Below are positions 1 through 9,732 of a stretch of 64,000 nucleotides of DNA, piece after piece. The DNA is from an uncultured Ohtaekwangia sp. (GTDB taxonomy: Bacteria > Bacteroidota > Bacteroidia > Cytophagales > Cyclobacteriaceae), in NCBI GenBank assembly GCA_964429845.1, contig CAYSCT010000012.1, positions 18,412 through 82,411 of the forward strand. The letters are read 5' to 3'. The notes beneath the pieces were generated by a model. It was not told the DNA's origin. It saw nothing but the letters and a program-made list of their open reading frames with translations, and made no database searches. Both the position numbers and the translations under genes were made by a program. Every line of letters begins with the position of its first letter. Position 1 is the first letter of the stretch.

Positions 1-979
1 GGCGGTCGTAACCTTCGTGGGCCAGCAGAAAGTTTTCTGCCTGTTCGAGGGGCATGCCGCAAACGGCCGAGGTGGGGTGCAACAACTTCAGCATCACAGA
101 ACCCAGTTGCGGGAAGTTGGTGGCCACCATGTCGGCCTGGAATTCTGTTTTCAGGTGGATGAGGTTCCCGGCCTGCACAGTTTTTGGACCATGTTCGTCA
201 AATTCGCGCAAGCGGATTTTTTTGAAACAGTTGATGATGTACCTGCTTACCAACGCCTGCTCTTCAATGTCTTTTTGGGTCCACGATACCTGCCGTAGGT
301 CAATGCCCGGCTGGTGTTTTTGGGTACCCGCCAGCGCCACGGTGCGAAACACCTGGTTTTCGTCTATGCTTACCAGCAGTTCAGGCGTGGCCCCGATCCA
401 CGTGCCGGTGTGTGGGGTGGAGTGCAGTGAGACAAAAGCCGTAGGATAGCTGCTGCAGAGGCGGTCGAAGAAAGCCAGCAGGTCTGCAGCGGGGTCTAAC
501 GCAATCTCTTTGTAACGCGAGGGCACCACTTTCTCGAAGCTTCCTTGTGCTACTGCCTCTATGCTGGCCTGCACCAGTTCTTTGAATGCGCCATAGGTGC
601 CCACCTCCCTTTTGCCCGCGGGATGGATAAAATGGAATCGGGGGGTGAGGTAGTTACTGCACACAGGTTTGGGTTCAATGTCTTTTCCGTTTCTGGAAAC
701 ACCCGATGCCGAGAACGTGTAGAGTTCATCGGCTGGCAGCCAATACTTGGGTTGGTCTTTGCGGAAGGGAGCAATGATGAATCCGGGCGCGGATTCTTCT
801 AGTGTAAGTTCCTGCAGCACCTGCGGGCGGGCCGTGCAGAGCAGGTGCACATCTTGGCCATCGGGCATCCGCCATAGCGAGATGCTTTCTTGGCATTCCA
901 GGCTTTGCACCACCCGGTGGCGGAGGTAACTTTTGGTAGTGGCTGAGGAAGTTTTTGCTGATGATTCCGTTCGCTCCAT
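1..979 (-). CDS. menF: Isochorismate synthase / chorismate-binding enzyme; 3' end runs off the window start
   Basis: Not in the ORF track because no stop codon lies in the window. Hand translation from ATG 979 gives MERTESS...FEKVVPSR...WIGATPELL...ALAGT...KDIEEQALV...HLKT...LHPTSAVCGMP, which are chorismate-binding family motifs. It lies next to a MenI-like thioesterase. Confidence 0.8.
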   Translation of the reverse strand, partial: MERTESSAKTSSATTKSYLRHRVVQSLECQESISLWRMPDGQDVHLLCTARPQVLQELTLEESAPGFIIAPFRKDQPKYWLPADELYTFSASGVSRNGKDIEPKPVCSNYLTPRFHFIHPAGKREVGTYGAFKELVQASIEAVAQGSFEKVVPSRYKEIALDPAADLLAFFDRLCSSYPTAFVSLHSTPHTGTWIGATPELLVSIDENQVFRTVALAGTQKHQPGIDLRQVSWTQKDIEEQALVSRYIINCFKKIRLREFDEHGPKTVQAGNLIHLKTEFQADMVATNFPQLGSVMLKLLHPTSAVCGMPLEQAENFLLAHEGYDR

Positions 980-980
980 T

Positions 981-1436
981 TCAACCTCGTTTATCAATAA
1001 CGGCCAGCGTAATGCGGCTGATACATATCAGTTGATGCTGGTCGTCAGTGATTCTGATTTCCCAGACCTGCGTTTTTTTTCCTATGTGCACTGGGGTGGT
1101 TTTGCCATAAACAAAACCGCTCCTCACGCTTTTAATGTGATTGGCATTGATCTCGAGCCCCACGCAATGTTGCAGTGAGGGGTCTACCGTAAGGGTAGCC
1201 GCCACGCTGCCCAGTGTTTCTGCCAACGCCACCGATGCACCTCCATGTAACAATCCCATGGGCTGGTGTGTTCTGCGGTCTACCGGCATTTTTGCTACCA
1301 GGTAATCTTCGCCTACTTCTGTAAACTCAATGCCCAGGTGTTCTACCATGCTGTTGAGCGACAACTGGTTGAGTTGCCCCACGTGGAAACCCCGCGTTAA
1401 AAAGGCGGGCGATGTTTTGTCAGGAAGGTGCGACAA
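981..1436 (-). CDS. menI: Hotdog-fold thioesterase (DHNA-CoA thioesterase, YdiI/MenI type)
   Basis: Motif HQPMGLLHGGASVALAETLGS and GLEINANH; upstream of isochorismate synthase. The true start may be later than 1436. Confidence 0.75.
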   Translation of the reverse strand: MSHLPDKTSPAFLTRGFHVGQLNQLSLNSMVEHLGIEFTEVGEDYLVAKMPVDRRTHQPMGLLHGGASVALAETLGSVAATLTVDPSLQHCVGLEINANHIKSVRSGFVYGKTTPVHIGKKTQVWEIRITDDQHQLICISRITLAVIDKRG

Positions 1437-1449
1437 TGGAGTATTTCGT

Positions 1450-1457
1450 TATTTTTG
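1450..1457 (+). promoter_or_regulatory. Bacteroidota sigma70 -7 element (TAnnTTTG)
   Basis: TATTTTTG upstream of the phosphatase gene. Confidence 0.5.
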
Positions 1458-1510
1458 CGGCCGACTAACGATTTTGACAGCGATTTTGACAGGGCAAATT
1501 AGGAAGAAAA

Positions 1511-2164
1511 TTGACCTCAAAAAAAATTTATCTGATACGCCACGGGCAGACCGACTTTAACCTGAACGGCATTGTGCAGGGCAGCGGTGTGGACTCTTCT
1601 TTGAACGAGCGCGGCCGGTGGCAGGCGGAGGCTTTCTTCCAACACTATCAGCATGTTTCGTTCCGGAAGGTGTACACCAGTGCCTTGAAACGCACCCGCG
1701 AGTCGGTTCAGTTATTTATTGACAAGGGCATTCCCCACGAGGCGTTGAGGGAGCTCAATGAGATCAGTTGGGGAAACCGGGAAGGCCAACAGATTACACC
1801 CGAGGAGGATGCCTACTACCACTGGATGTTGAGGCAGTGGCAGGAAGGCAACACCTCGCTGCGCATTGAAGGCGGAGAGAGCCCGGACGAAGTGGCGCTG
1901 CGGCAACGGGCCGCCATCGAACGGCTGATGAGCCGGGAGGACGAAGACACCATTTTGGTATGCATGCATGGTCGGGCCATGCGCATATTGCTTTGCCAGT
2001 TGCTGCATTATCCGCTCCACTGCATGGATATGTTCGAGCATCAGAACCTGTGCCTGTACGAACTGAACCATACAGGCAATTCGTTTCAGGTGGTGAAGTA
2101 CAACGATACCACCCACCTTGCCAACGTGCCCCAATGGGCAGCCTCATTGCCGGTAGCGGGCTAA
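1511..2164 (+). CDS. Histidine phosphatase (phosphoglycerate mutase-like) family protein
   Basis: LIRHGQT catalytic motif, GGES and CMHG. Confidence 0.9.
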   Translation: MTSKKIYLIRHGQTDFNLNGIVQGSGVDSSLNERGRWQAEAFFQHYQHVSFRKVYTSALKRTRESVQLFIDKGIPHEALRELNEISWGNREGQQITPEEDAYYHWMLRQWQEGNTSLRIEGGESPDEVALRQRAAIERLMSREDEDTILVCMHGRAMRILLCQLLHYPLHCMDMFEHQNLCLYELNHTGNSFQVVKYNDTTHLANVPQWAASLPVAG

Positions 2165-3735
2165 GTAGACGAAGTTGTTTTCAATTGATCGAGGGCCGAG
2201 CGAGCCTTACTATCGATACTGTTTTTATACTCGTGCTTTTTGTAGGAGAGGGCCAGGTTAAAATATTTCCTGGCTGAGGCCGGGTCGCGTTGGGCCTGCG
2301 CCAGGTAGCCCAGTTGAAGGGCAGCGTTGGGGGCAAAGTACCACGGATTGTCGCCCGCCATGTCGATGGTTTGCTGGTAAAAGAGCCGCGCTGCGGCCAG
2401 GTCGGCCGTGCGGTGCGCGAGTCGTGCCTTGCGGTAATAATATTCTGTCTTCTCTTTCAAAGTCACCAGGTCGGCCGGTGTGATCGATTGCAGCACTTCG
2501 CGTGCTTGCTGGTAGTAGCCCCCGTCTGTGGCCAATCGCACTTTCAATATCTTCGGGTTGGGAAAGAGCCCTTCTTTCAATTGGGCATCGGCATACCTGT
2601 CGGGCTCGGCCACATTGCGACCGGTAAGCTTGGCCTTTTCGAAATGGGCTTTCGCCAGTTCTTTTTTGTTCATCAGCCAGTAGGCCAGGCTGATTTTGTA
2701 GTAGGCGTCCTTCTTAAAGTTGTCGCTGCGGTAGTGTTGTATGAAGCGCTGATAGGCTGCAATGGCATCGGTGTAACGGCCTTTTTGCAACAGCATTTCC
2801 CCGTGCAGGTATTCGATGTAATACATGGGTAGCCCTTGCGGATGGGCATGAAGTGTTTCCACCTGCTTCAACGCTTCTTCACTCTGGCCGTTTTTCATCA
2901 GCATGTTGATGGCCAGGAAAAGCAGCAGGCGGTTGGAGGGATCTTCTTTCAGGGCCTCCATAAAACCCTGCGTGGATTCTTCAATTTGCTGGTTGATGAG
3001 GCCCTTGATGGTGTAATACAAAATGGTGGCCTCGATGTTCAGCGAAGACCCCGACTTGCGCAGTTCCTCGAGCTGGCTTTGGCCTACGGCAACCGAACCC
3101 TTCATGCCGAGCAGCGTAATGAACCAATGATACTTATCTGGAACGGAGCCCACCATTACCTGTATGACGCCACTGGTTTTTTTAATGGGCACAAAGGCCG
3201 GGTATTTTTTCAGGCACTCCTGCGTAAGGTTAAACGCGTTGCGAATGGCCCATACAGCATTGAACTCCTGCCCCAGGTTGAGGAAGTTGAAGCCCCGCTG
3301 CAGGTTTAGTTCGGCCCTCAGGAAGATGGTTTCGGCCGACTCGGGCATGCTTTCCAGTTGCTTAAACCGCTCGCGGAACAAGGTTTCTATCTGGTTGAAT
3401 TTTTCTTCGTCTTCGCTGATGAGCACATCCAGCGTTTCGCAAAAACTTTGTACATACATTTTGTGCAGTGCATGGCCTTTGTAGGTGCGTAACTGCTGGT
3501 AGGCCTGTTCTGTTTGCAGGTTGAGAACAAGGCGATGAATTTTTTGTGCTTCACTATCGAACTTCCACAACAGATCGGTTGCGCTTACCAATTGCCAGCA
3601 AAATAAAAAAGAGCAGATCAGCAGACCTGCTCTTTTTGTGCCAGATAAAGTCTTGTTAAGCAACCTTGCGGGTACGTTTGGCAGGTGTTGCTTTTTTGGC
3701 TTTGCTTTCATCTTCAATGGGTTCCACCTCCACAT
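2161..3735 (-). CDS. Exported tetratricopeptide-repeat protein
   Basis: Multiple TPR-like helical repeats and a hydrophobic signal-like segment (GLLICSFLFCWQLVSA). The start is uncertain; the annotated one overlaps the upstream gene by 80 nt. Confidence 0.75.
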   Translation of the reverse strand: MWRWNPLKMKAKPKKQHLPNVPARLLNKTLSGTKRAGLLICSFLFCWQLVSATDLLWKFDSEAQKIHRLVLNLQTEQAYQQLRTYKGHALHKMYVQSFCETLDVLISEDEEKFNQIETLFRERFKQLESMPESAETIFLRAELNLQRGFNFLNLGQEFNAVWAIRNAFNLTQECLKKYPAFVPIKKTSGVIQVMVGSVPDKYHWFITLLGMKGSVAVGQSQLEELRKSGSSLNIEATILYYTIKGLINQQIEESTQGFMEALKEDPSNRLLLFLAINMLMKNGQSEEALKQVETLHAHPQGLPMYYIEYLHGEMLLQKGRYTDAIAAYQRFIQHYRSDNFKKDAYYKISLAYWLMNKKELAKAHFEKAKLTGRNVAEPDRYADAQLKEGLFPNPKILKVRLATDGGYYQQAREVLQSITPADLVTLKEKTEYYYRKARLAHRTADLAAARLFYQQTIDMAGDNPWYFAPNAALQLGYLAQAQRDPASARKYFNLALSYKKHEYKNSIDSKARSALDQLKTTSST

Positions 3736-4447
3736 CGGCCAAAATACGGCCCGAGTGTTCGTCTATCACAATCTTTTTCTTCTCGCGGATTTCAGCAATT
3801 TTTTGCGGAGGGATGATAATATTACATCCTTCGGCCGCACCACGAACCACCCTTACAACGGCCAATCCATTTGAAAGGTTGGCACGCAGGCGCTCGTAAT
3901 ATTTCAACAGTTTATCTTCAATTTTCTTGGCGGCCTTTTCACGTTCGGCCAGCAGACGCTTCTCTTCTTCCTGACTCTCCTCCAAAATACTCTTCAACTC
4001 ATTCTTCTTGGTTTCCAGGTCTTCGTTGCGGCCTTTAATCAGTTCTTCTATTTTGGCTATTTCGGCTTTTTTCTCTTCAATTTTCTCTTTGCCTTCCTTA
4101 ATCCGCTTTTCGCAAATCTGCACTTCGAGTTCCTGCAGCTCTATTTCTTTGGTAATGGCATCGTACTCTCTGTTGTTCTTAACGTTCTTTTGTTGCTCGT
4201 TGTATTTTTTGATCAGCTTTTCGGCCTCTTTAATTCCCTCCTTGTTCTTTTTGATGATCTCTTCAATCTCTTTTTGCTCTGCCTCGAAGCGGCTCAGACG
4301 GGTGCGGTAGCCTTCCATTTCATCTTCCAGATCCTGCACTTCATCGGGAAGGTCGCCTCGGAGTTTTTTCAGTTCGTCAAGGTTTGAATCGATGGTTTGA
4401 AGTTTAACAAGCGCCTCTAGTTTCTGTGCAACTGTTTGATTTTCCAT
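3656..4447 (-). CDS. Coiled-coil protein of the C4-type zinc-ribbon (HP0958/CdsZ-like) family with a degenerate ribbon
   Basis: Long coiled coil, NNREYDAITKEIE motif, C-terminal GC...IPPQ...EHxGRIL; follows the Nif3 gene as is usual in Bacteroidota. Confidence 0.85.
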   Translation of the reverse strand: MENQTVAQKLEALVKLQTIDSNLDELKKLRGDLPDEVQDLEDEMEGYRTRLSRFEAEQKEIEEIIKKNKEGIKEAEKLIKKYNEQQKNVKNNREYDAITKEIELQELEVQICEKRIKEGKEKIEEKKAEIAKIEELIKGRNEDLETKKNELKSILEESQEEEKRLLAEREKAAKKIEDKLLKYYERLRANLSNGLAVVRVVRGAAEGCNIIIPPQKIAEIREKKKIVIDEHSGRILADVEVEPIEDESKAKKATPAKRTRKVA

Positions 4448-4450
4448 TAC

Positions 4451-5545
4451 TTATAAATAGCTTAGTGGATTAGTAACCTGTTTTGAAAAATTGATCGCAA
4501 AAGTAGGAAATTTTTCCCGTAAAACCTCCGCTATCAGCTCTTTAGTGAAGTGTTCACTCTCGTAGTGCCCTACATCAGCAACCATCAGCTTGCCCTCCGC
4601 ATCAAAGAATTCGTGGTATTTGAAATCGGCCGTTACCAGCACATCGGCACCGGCCCGAATGGCATCGGGCAGCAGAAAGCTTCCGGCCCCCCCGCAAACG
4701 GCCACTTTGTGGATGGGGCGCCCGGGCAACGGGCTATAGCGAATGCAACCGGCCTGAAACACGTCTTTCAAACGCTTCAGAAATGCCAATGGTTCCTCGG
4801 GTGTTTCCAACGTGCCCAACATGCCGGCACCCACTTCTTGGTTTTCGTTTTCCAGCTTCGTCAGGTAATAGGCCACTTCCTCGTAGGGATGGGCCTGGCG
4901 CAGCGCATTCAGTATTTTTGATTGCTGGTGCCACGGAAAGATTACTTCGGCCCGTACCTCCTGTACTTTCTCCAGTTGGCCGGCTTCACCTAAAAACGGG
5001 TTAGCTTCGGCATTGGGCCGAAAGGTGCCCGTGCCCTCCACCCGAAAACTGCAATCCTGATAGTTGCCAATGTGGCCGGCACCGGCTGCGTGTAGGGCTT
5101 CCATCACTGCCTCGGCATGGTCGGCCGGTATAAAGGTGACCAGTTTGGCCAGCGTGTCTTTACGCGGGGCCAGTATCCGTTGGTTTTGAAGCCCGATCTT
5201 ATCGGCTATTTTCTTGTTGACACCGGTGCGAATGTTATCGAGGTTGGTGTGGATGGCATAGATGGCGATGTCGTTTTTAATGGCTTTGATGATGGTGCGC
5301 TCTACGTAACTCTGCCCGGTAATTTTTTTGAGCCCTTTGAAAACGATGGGGTGGTGAGCGATGATGAGGTTGCACTCTTCGCGGATGGCCTCTTCCACCA
5401 CGGCTTCGGTACAATCGAGCGTAACGAGCACGCCCGACAGCGGCCAAGAAGCCTGACCGGTAAGCAATCCGCTGTTGTCGTAATTTTCCTGATACGGCCT
5501 GGGCGCCCAAGCCTCCAGATAATCGATTACCGGTTGAATTGTCAT
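4451..5545 (-). CDS. Nif3-like dinuclear metal centre protein (YbgI family) with PII-like insert
   Basis: QENYDNSGL, IAHHPIVF, HTNLD, HPYEE, GHYESE motifs. Confidence 0.92.
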   Translation of the reverse strand: MTIQPVIDYLEAWAPRPYQENYDNSGLLTGQASWPLSGVLVTLDCTEAVVEEAIREECNLIIAHHPIVFKGLKKITGQSYVERTIIKAIKNDIAIYAIHTNLDNIRTGVNKKIADKIGLQNQRILAPRKDTLAKLVTFIPADHAEAVMEALHAAGAGHIGNYQDCSFRVEGTGTFRPNAEANPFLGEAGQLEKVQEVRAEVIFPWHQQSKILNALRQAHPYEEVAYYLTKLENENQEVGAGMLGTLETPEEPLAFLKRLKDVFQAGCIRYSPLPGRPIHKVAVCGGAGSFLLPDAIRAGADVLVTADFKYHEFFDAEGKLMVADVGHYESEHFTKELIAEVLREKFPTFAINFSKQVTNPLSYL

Positions 5546-5560
5546 TGTCGGTTGTTTCCT

Positions 5561-5568
5561 TAGTTTTG
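5561..5568 (+). promoter_or_regulatory. -7 element (TAnnTTTG) for lpxK
   Basis: TAGTTTTG in the divergent intergenic region. Confidence 0.5.
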
Positions 5569-5596
5569 GCCAAAATTACTAAAGTATTACACCTTC

Positions 5597-6634
5597 GTGG
5601 CTCTTCGTTTACTCCGCCTGCTGTTGTTCCCCCTGGCCCTTATGTACGATGCAGTGACACGCCTGCGCAACCACATGTACAATACTGGCTACAAGCCTTC
5701 GGTGCAATTTGATGTCTTCACTATTTGCGTGGGAAATCTGAATGTGGGGGGAGCTGGCAAAACGCCCTTGGTGGAATACCTGATTCGTTTGCTGGAGGGA
5801 CTGCCCCTGGCAACCCTGAGTCGAGGGTACGGACGCAATACGCGCGGCTTCAGGATGGCCGGTGACGATGACGAGGCGGCCACCCTGGGCGATGAGCCCT
5901 TCCAGTTGTATCGAAAGTTCGGGCAGCAGGTAGCGGTGGCGGTGGGCGAGGAGCGCGTGCTGGCCATTCCGCACCTTCTTCATGAAAAGCCGGAGGTGCA
6001 GGTAGTAGTGCTCGATGACGCCTTTCAACACAGGCGCATACGACCCCATTTTTCCATTCTGGTGACGGAGTTTCAGCATCCATTTTATCAGGATTTTGTG
6101 TTGCCTGCCGGCAACCTGCGCGAGGCGCGCAAGGGGGCGGGCCGTGCACAGGCTGTGGTGGTAACTAAGTGCCACCCAACGATTTCGGTGGCACAGCGGC
6201 ACCAAATCGAAAAGCAGGTGCAGCATTATGCCGGGCCGGTACCGGTATTTTTCGGCACCATTGCCTATGGGCAGCCGGTGGGTTTTGGAAAAAAATCAGC
6301 ACTTACCCGATCGGTGGTGGCGGTAACGGGAATTGCGCATGGAGCCTCGTTTATTCAACACCTCTCCGAACAGTTAGAAGTGGTGAAGCATTTTCAATTT
6401 GCCGACCACTACCGCTATGGTATGAAAGACCTGCAGGCCATCAGGGCTTGGTGCCAGCGCCATGGGTGTGTGGCCATTACCACCGAAAAGGATATGGTGC
6501 GCCTCATTGCGCCTGAGCTATCCGGCATGGTGAGCGAAATACCCTTCTTCTATGTGCCCATCGAGATGAGGTTTATTGAAAATGGTTCGGAATTTGATAA
6601 GCTCGTGCGAGATCAGGTTGAAAAAGGCGTTTAA
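5597..6634 (+). CDS. lpxK: Tetraacyldisaccharide 4'-kinase
   Basis: VGNLNVGGAGKTP, LSRGYGR, GDEP, LDDAFQH, TTEKD motifs. Confidence 0.95.
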   Translation: MALRLLRLLLFPLALMYDAVTRLRNHMYNTGYKPSVQFDVFTICVGNLNVGGAGKTPLVEYLIRLLEGLPLATLSRGYGRNTRGFRMAGDDDEAATLGDEPFQLYRKFGQQVAVAVGEERVLAIPHLLHEKPEVQVVVLDDAFQHRRIRPHFSILVTEFQHPFYQDFVLPAGNLREARKGAGRAQAVVVTKCHPTISVAQRHQIEKQVQHYAGPVPVFFGTIAYGQPVGFGKKSALTRSVVAVTGIAHGASFIQHLSEQLEVVKHFQFADHYRYGMKDLQAIRAWCQRHGCVAITTEKDMVRLIAPELSGMVSEIPFFYVPIEMRFIENGSEFDKLVRDQVEKGV

Positions 6635-6648
6635 ACACGGGGTTCTTT

Positions 6649-6656
6649 TATCTTTG
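6649..6656 (+). promoter_or_regulatory. -7 element directly before the porin start
   Basis: TATCTTTG, 5 nt before GTG at 6662. Confidence 0.55.
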
Positions 6657-6661
6657 CGCGC

Positions 6662-8734
6662 GTGATGGGAAGATTACTTTGGGCATTAACGGTGGCAATG
6701 GTTGTGGTGGCCACGCTTCCCGCCTCTGGCCAGCGACCGACCAATCCCCAGCCTACCATCAACCCAGGTTCCGCTACCGGTGTTCGCACAGACACCACCC
6801 AAAGGCCCAAGAAAACCGTAAAACCCGCCCCGGTAGGTGTGCGTGGATCGCGCATTGTGGACGATAGTACCAAAAATGTGTACGGCCCCCACACTACCCG
6901 CTGGACAACCGAAGCAGACCTTTTCATTAACAGACCCAATTACCGGCCGCTCGACACGGCCATTCACAATCTCCACCGGTGGAACTACTTTCAGCGACTG
7001 AACAATTTCTACCAGGACCTGGGTAACAACGGCACGCCCCTGAATTCCATCTTCCCCGATTTCTTTGGCGAAACCATTGGGGTATCGTCTGGGTTTATAG
7101 CCTACCAGCCCTACTACGACACCGAGGTACCTGTGCTGTACAATACCAAATCGCCCTACACACGTATGGCTCTGATTTGGGGTGGAAAGGGACGCGCCAC
7201 CACACGCGCAGAGTACACACGCAACATTAACCCCCGCTGGAACTTCGGCTTCAACTATCGCCCTTTGCTGACCAACCGCCAGATACAACGCAGGGGTAAG
7301 AGCGACTATCAGGTGGTGAGCCACTACTACGATGCCTACACCCATTTTCAGTCCAAAGATTCAGCCTATAGTGCTGTGGCCATGTACCGCAGGATCAGGC
7401 ACCGCTCCGTGGAGATGGGAGAGGTATTACCTACCGTAACCGGTGTGGATGTCGATACGCTGTCATTCGCGCAAGCGTACCGCTACTATTTTAGAGACAA
7501 TGCCAGACCGGCACTGACCGTTGCCAACAGCCTGGAACAACGCAACAACCTCCATCTGTTTCACCAATACAACCTGATGGGGCAAAAGGTGCAGGCATAC
7601 CACGTGGCAGATCGGTTGAAACAGATCAACTGGTTTCGCGATGACCTGAGCCAGGAGCAAGAACCCTTTTATGATGAGCAGAGGTTGGACACGGCCGCTA
7701 ACTCGCCCACCAAATTCATAGACAGTACGCGATTTATCACGTTGCAGAATCAGTTAGGTGTGAAGGGCTCGGTGGGTAAAGTGTTCTACAATGCATACGG
7801 AAAAATCAGATCGTACCAACTGTGGCACAAATACCTGAACACCGACACCATTCCAGCGCTGCGCCCGAATGATGAGTGGTATGCAGGTGGCCAGTTGGGT
7901 TATTTCATCGACTCTACCGGGTTTGTATCTGTTACGGCCGAAACGTTGCAGGGAGGTTATTCGCGCCTGCAGGCACAGGGCACCACCCGCTGGGGCGACT
8001 TTCGCGTGCAGCGCAAAGTCAGCAAGCCTTCTTTTTTGCACACCACCTACAGCGGTCACTTTGATTTCTGGAACAACCAATTCAAACCCATAGAGACCAC
8101 ACAGGTGGCGGTATTTCCCCGGCTTACGTGGAAGGGCTTGATGGTTTCGCCTGGCGTAAACTATGGCCACGTGATGCACCAGGTTTACTTTGTTCAGCGC
8201 GACACTTTTCCGGGTACCGACCAGCGCGTAATGCCCGTTCAAACCGAAAAACTGGCGGAGTGGATTACCCCCGAAGTGCGGTTAGCCGTGCGGCTGCCCT
8301 GGAATTTCCACGTGCGCACGCAGGCCTTGTACACCCGGTTGCTGACAGACCGCGACAGCATCATACAGGTGCCGCAGGTATTTTTGAATGGACAGCTCAC
8401 CTACGAAAATGAATGGTTCAAAAAGAATCTGCAAGTGCAAATTGGTGTAGACGCGCATTGGCGCTCGGCTTACAAGGCCATGGGTTACGACCCTGCCATC
8501 CAAAGTTACTATGTGCAAAACAGCCTAACGGTGCCGGCTTACCCGATTGTAGATATTTTCTTCAATGCCAAAATGAAGCGTGGTCGGTTTTTTGTGAAGT
8601 ACCACAACTTACTGCAGGCCATCACCGGAATAGAAGATGCCAACATGCCGGTTCCGGGGCACATGCCCACGCCTTATTTCCCTGGGCAGCGCAACATTCT
8701 CGACTTTGGTTTTGATATTCTTTTGTTCGACTGA
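6662..8734 (+). CDS. Putative porin (Bacteroidota outer-membrane beta-barrel, Porin_10-like)
   Basis: Signal peptide, DLGNxGT and NTKSPYT motifs, amphipathic beta-strands, aromatic C-terminus. Confidence 0.8.
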   Translation: MMGRLLWALTVAMVVVATLPASGQRPTNPQPTINPGSATGVRTDTTQRPKKTVKPAPVGVRGSRIVDDSTKNVYGPHTTRWTTEADLFINRPNYRPLDTAIHNLHRWNYFQRLNNFYQDLGNNGTPLNSIFPDFFGETIGVSSGFIAYQPYYDTEVPVLYNTKSPYTRMALIWGGKGRATTRAEYTRNINPRWNFGFNYRPLLTNRQIQRRGKSDYQVVSHYYDAYTHFQSKDSAYSAVAMYRRIRHRSVEMGEVLPTVTGVDVDTLSFAQAYRYYFRDNARPALTVANSLEQRNNLHLFHQYNLMGQKVQAYHVADRLKQINWFRDDLSQEQEPFYDEQRLDTAANSPTKFIDSTRFITLQNQLGVKGSVGKVFYNAYGKIRSYQLWHKYLNTDTIPALRPNDEWYAGGQLGYFIDSTGFVSVTAETLQGGYSRLQAQGTTRWGDFRVQRKVSKPSFLHTTYSGHFDFWNNQFKPIETTQVAVFPRLTWKGLMVSPGVNYGHVMHQVYFVQRDTFPGTDQRVMPVQTEKLAEWITPEVRLAVRLPWNFHVRTQALYTRLLTDRDSIIQVPQVFLNGQLTYENEWFKKNLQVQIGVDAHWRSAYKAMGYDPAIQSYYVQNSLTVPAYPIVDIFFNAKMKRGRFFVKYHNLLQAITGIEDANMPVPGHMPTPYFPGQRNILDFGFDILLFD

Positions 8735-9327
8735 TGGAAAAGCACGTACTGGGCCTGGAGCTACCTACCGATCCGCGTTGGGTGAACATCGCAGAAATGA
8801 ACATTGGCGATATACTGATCGACCATGCCTACTGCGAACAGAAGGCAGCCTCTTCCTGCATCTCACTCATTGTTCAATATCCTGAAAAGGAAGAATTGGT
8901 GGAAATGCTGACACCGGTGGTGGCGGAAGAGTGGGGCCATTTCGAGCGCGTAATCGAGAAGCTGAAAAGCCGCGGGCTTAAGCTCGGGCCGCAACGCAAA
9001 GATTTGTATGTGGAGCAATTGAACAAAATCACCCGCAAGGGGGGCAGTCGCGAGCAGCAACTGGTAGAGAAGTTGCTGATAAATGCTTTGATTGAAGCCC
9101 GGAGTTGCGAACGATTCCGACTGTTGTGGAAAGATATTCAAGACCCCGACCTCAGCACATTCTATTATGAGTTGATGGTGTCGGAGGCGGGGCATTATAA
9201 AAATTTTCTGGCGCTGGCCAAAAGATACCTACCGGAAGAAGATGTGATGAAGAGGTGGTGGGAACTGTTAGAAGAGGAAGCCAAAATTGTTGCTTCGCTG
9301 GAAGTGCGGGGCGACCGCATGCACTGA
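8734..9327 (+). CDS. miaE: tRNA-(ms2io6A) hydroxylase
   Basis: DHAYCEQKAAS, EEWGHF, ALIEARSCERF, SEAGHY di-iron motifs. Confidence 0.93.
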   Translation: MEKHVLGLELPTDPRWVNIAEMNIGDILIDHAYCEQKAASSCISLIVQYPEKEELVEMLTPVVAEEWGHFERVIEKLKSRGLKLGPQRKDLYVEQLNKITRKGGSREQQLVEKLLINALIEARSCERFRLLWKDIQDPDLSTFYYELMVSEAGHYKNFLALAKRYLPEEDVMKRWWELLEEEAKIVASLEVRGDRMH

Positions 9328-9330
9328 CGC

Positions 9331-9732
9331 TTACTTCGGGGCCAGGTTTTTGAGGTACTTTCTTAAATCAATTTTACGGTTCACTTGCAGGGGGTTTCGC
9401 TGTAGCCGCACTTGTCCTTCGGTAGCTTTTACCTCCACCTCATAATCTGCCGACCACACCACATCCGCCAGCGTTACCAGTCCTTCCTCCACCACTTTCC
9501 AGTCGTAGGCGCGCACGATGATAAAGTGAGTGAGGGGCAGGTGGGTGTTTGCATTTACTTTTGCTTTGGTGCACAGGTGGAAGCTGCTGTCGAAATTGGG
9601 TGTTGTGGTGGTTGAGTCGCCCAGTTTTTGTTTTACCAACGCTGTCAGTGCCGGCTCGGCAGTTTGGGCAATTGCATGGGTGCAAGTACCCCACAGCAGT
9701 AAAAGCAGCCAGGCGGTGCGCGGGCCCATCAC
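9331..9732 (-). CDS. Hypothetical secreted protein
   Basis: Signal peptide ending AIA-Q; 4-nt overlap with the upstream gene; fills the gap between two genes. Confidence 0.65.
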   Translation of the reverse strand: MMGPRTAWLLLLLWGTCTHAIAQTAEPALTALVKQKLGDSTTTTPNFDSSFHLCTKAKVNANTHLPLTHFIIVRAYDWKVVEEGLVTLADVVWSADYEVEVKATEGQVRLQRNPLQVNRKIDLRKYLKNLAPK

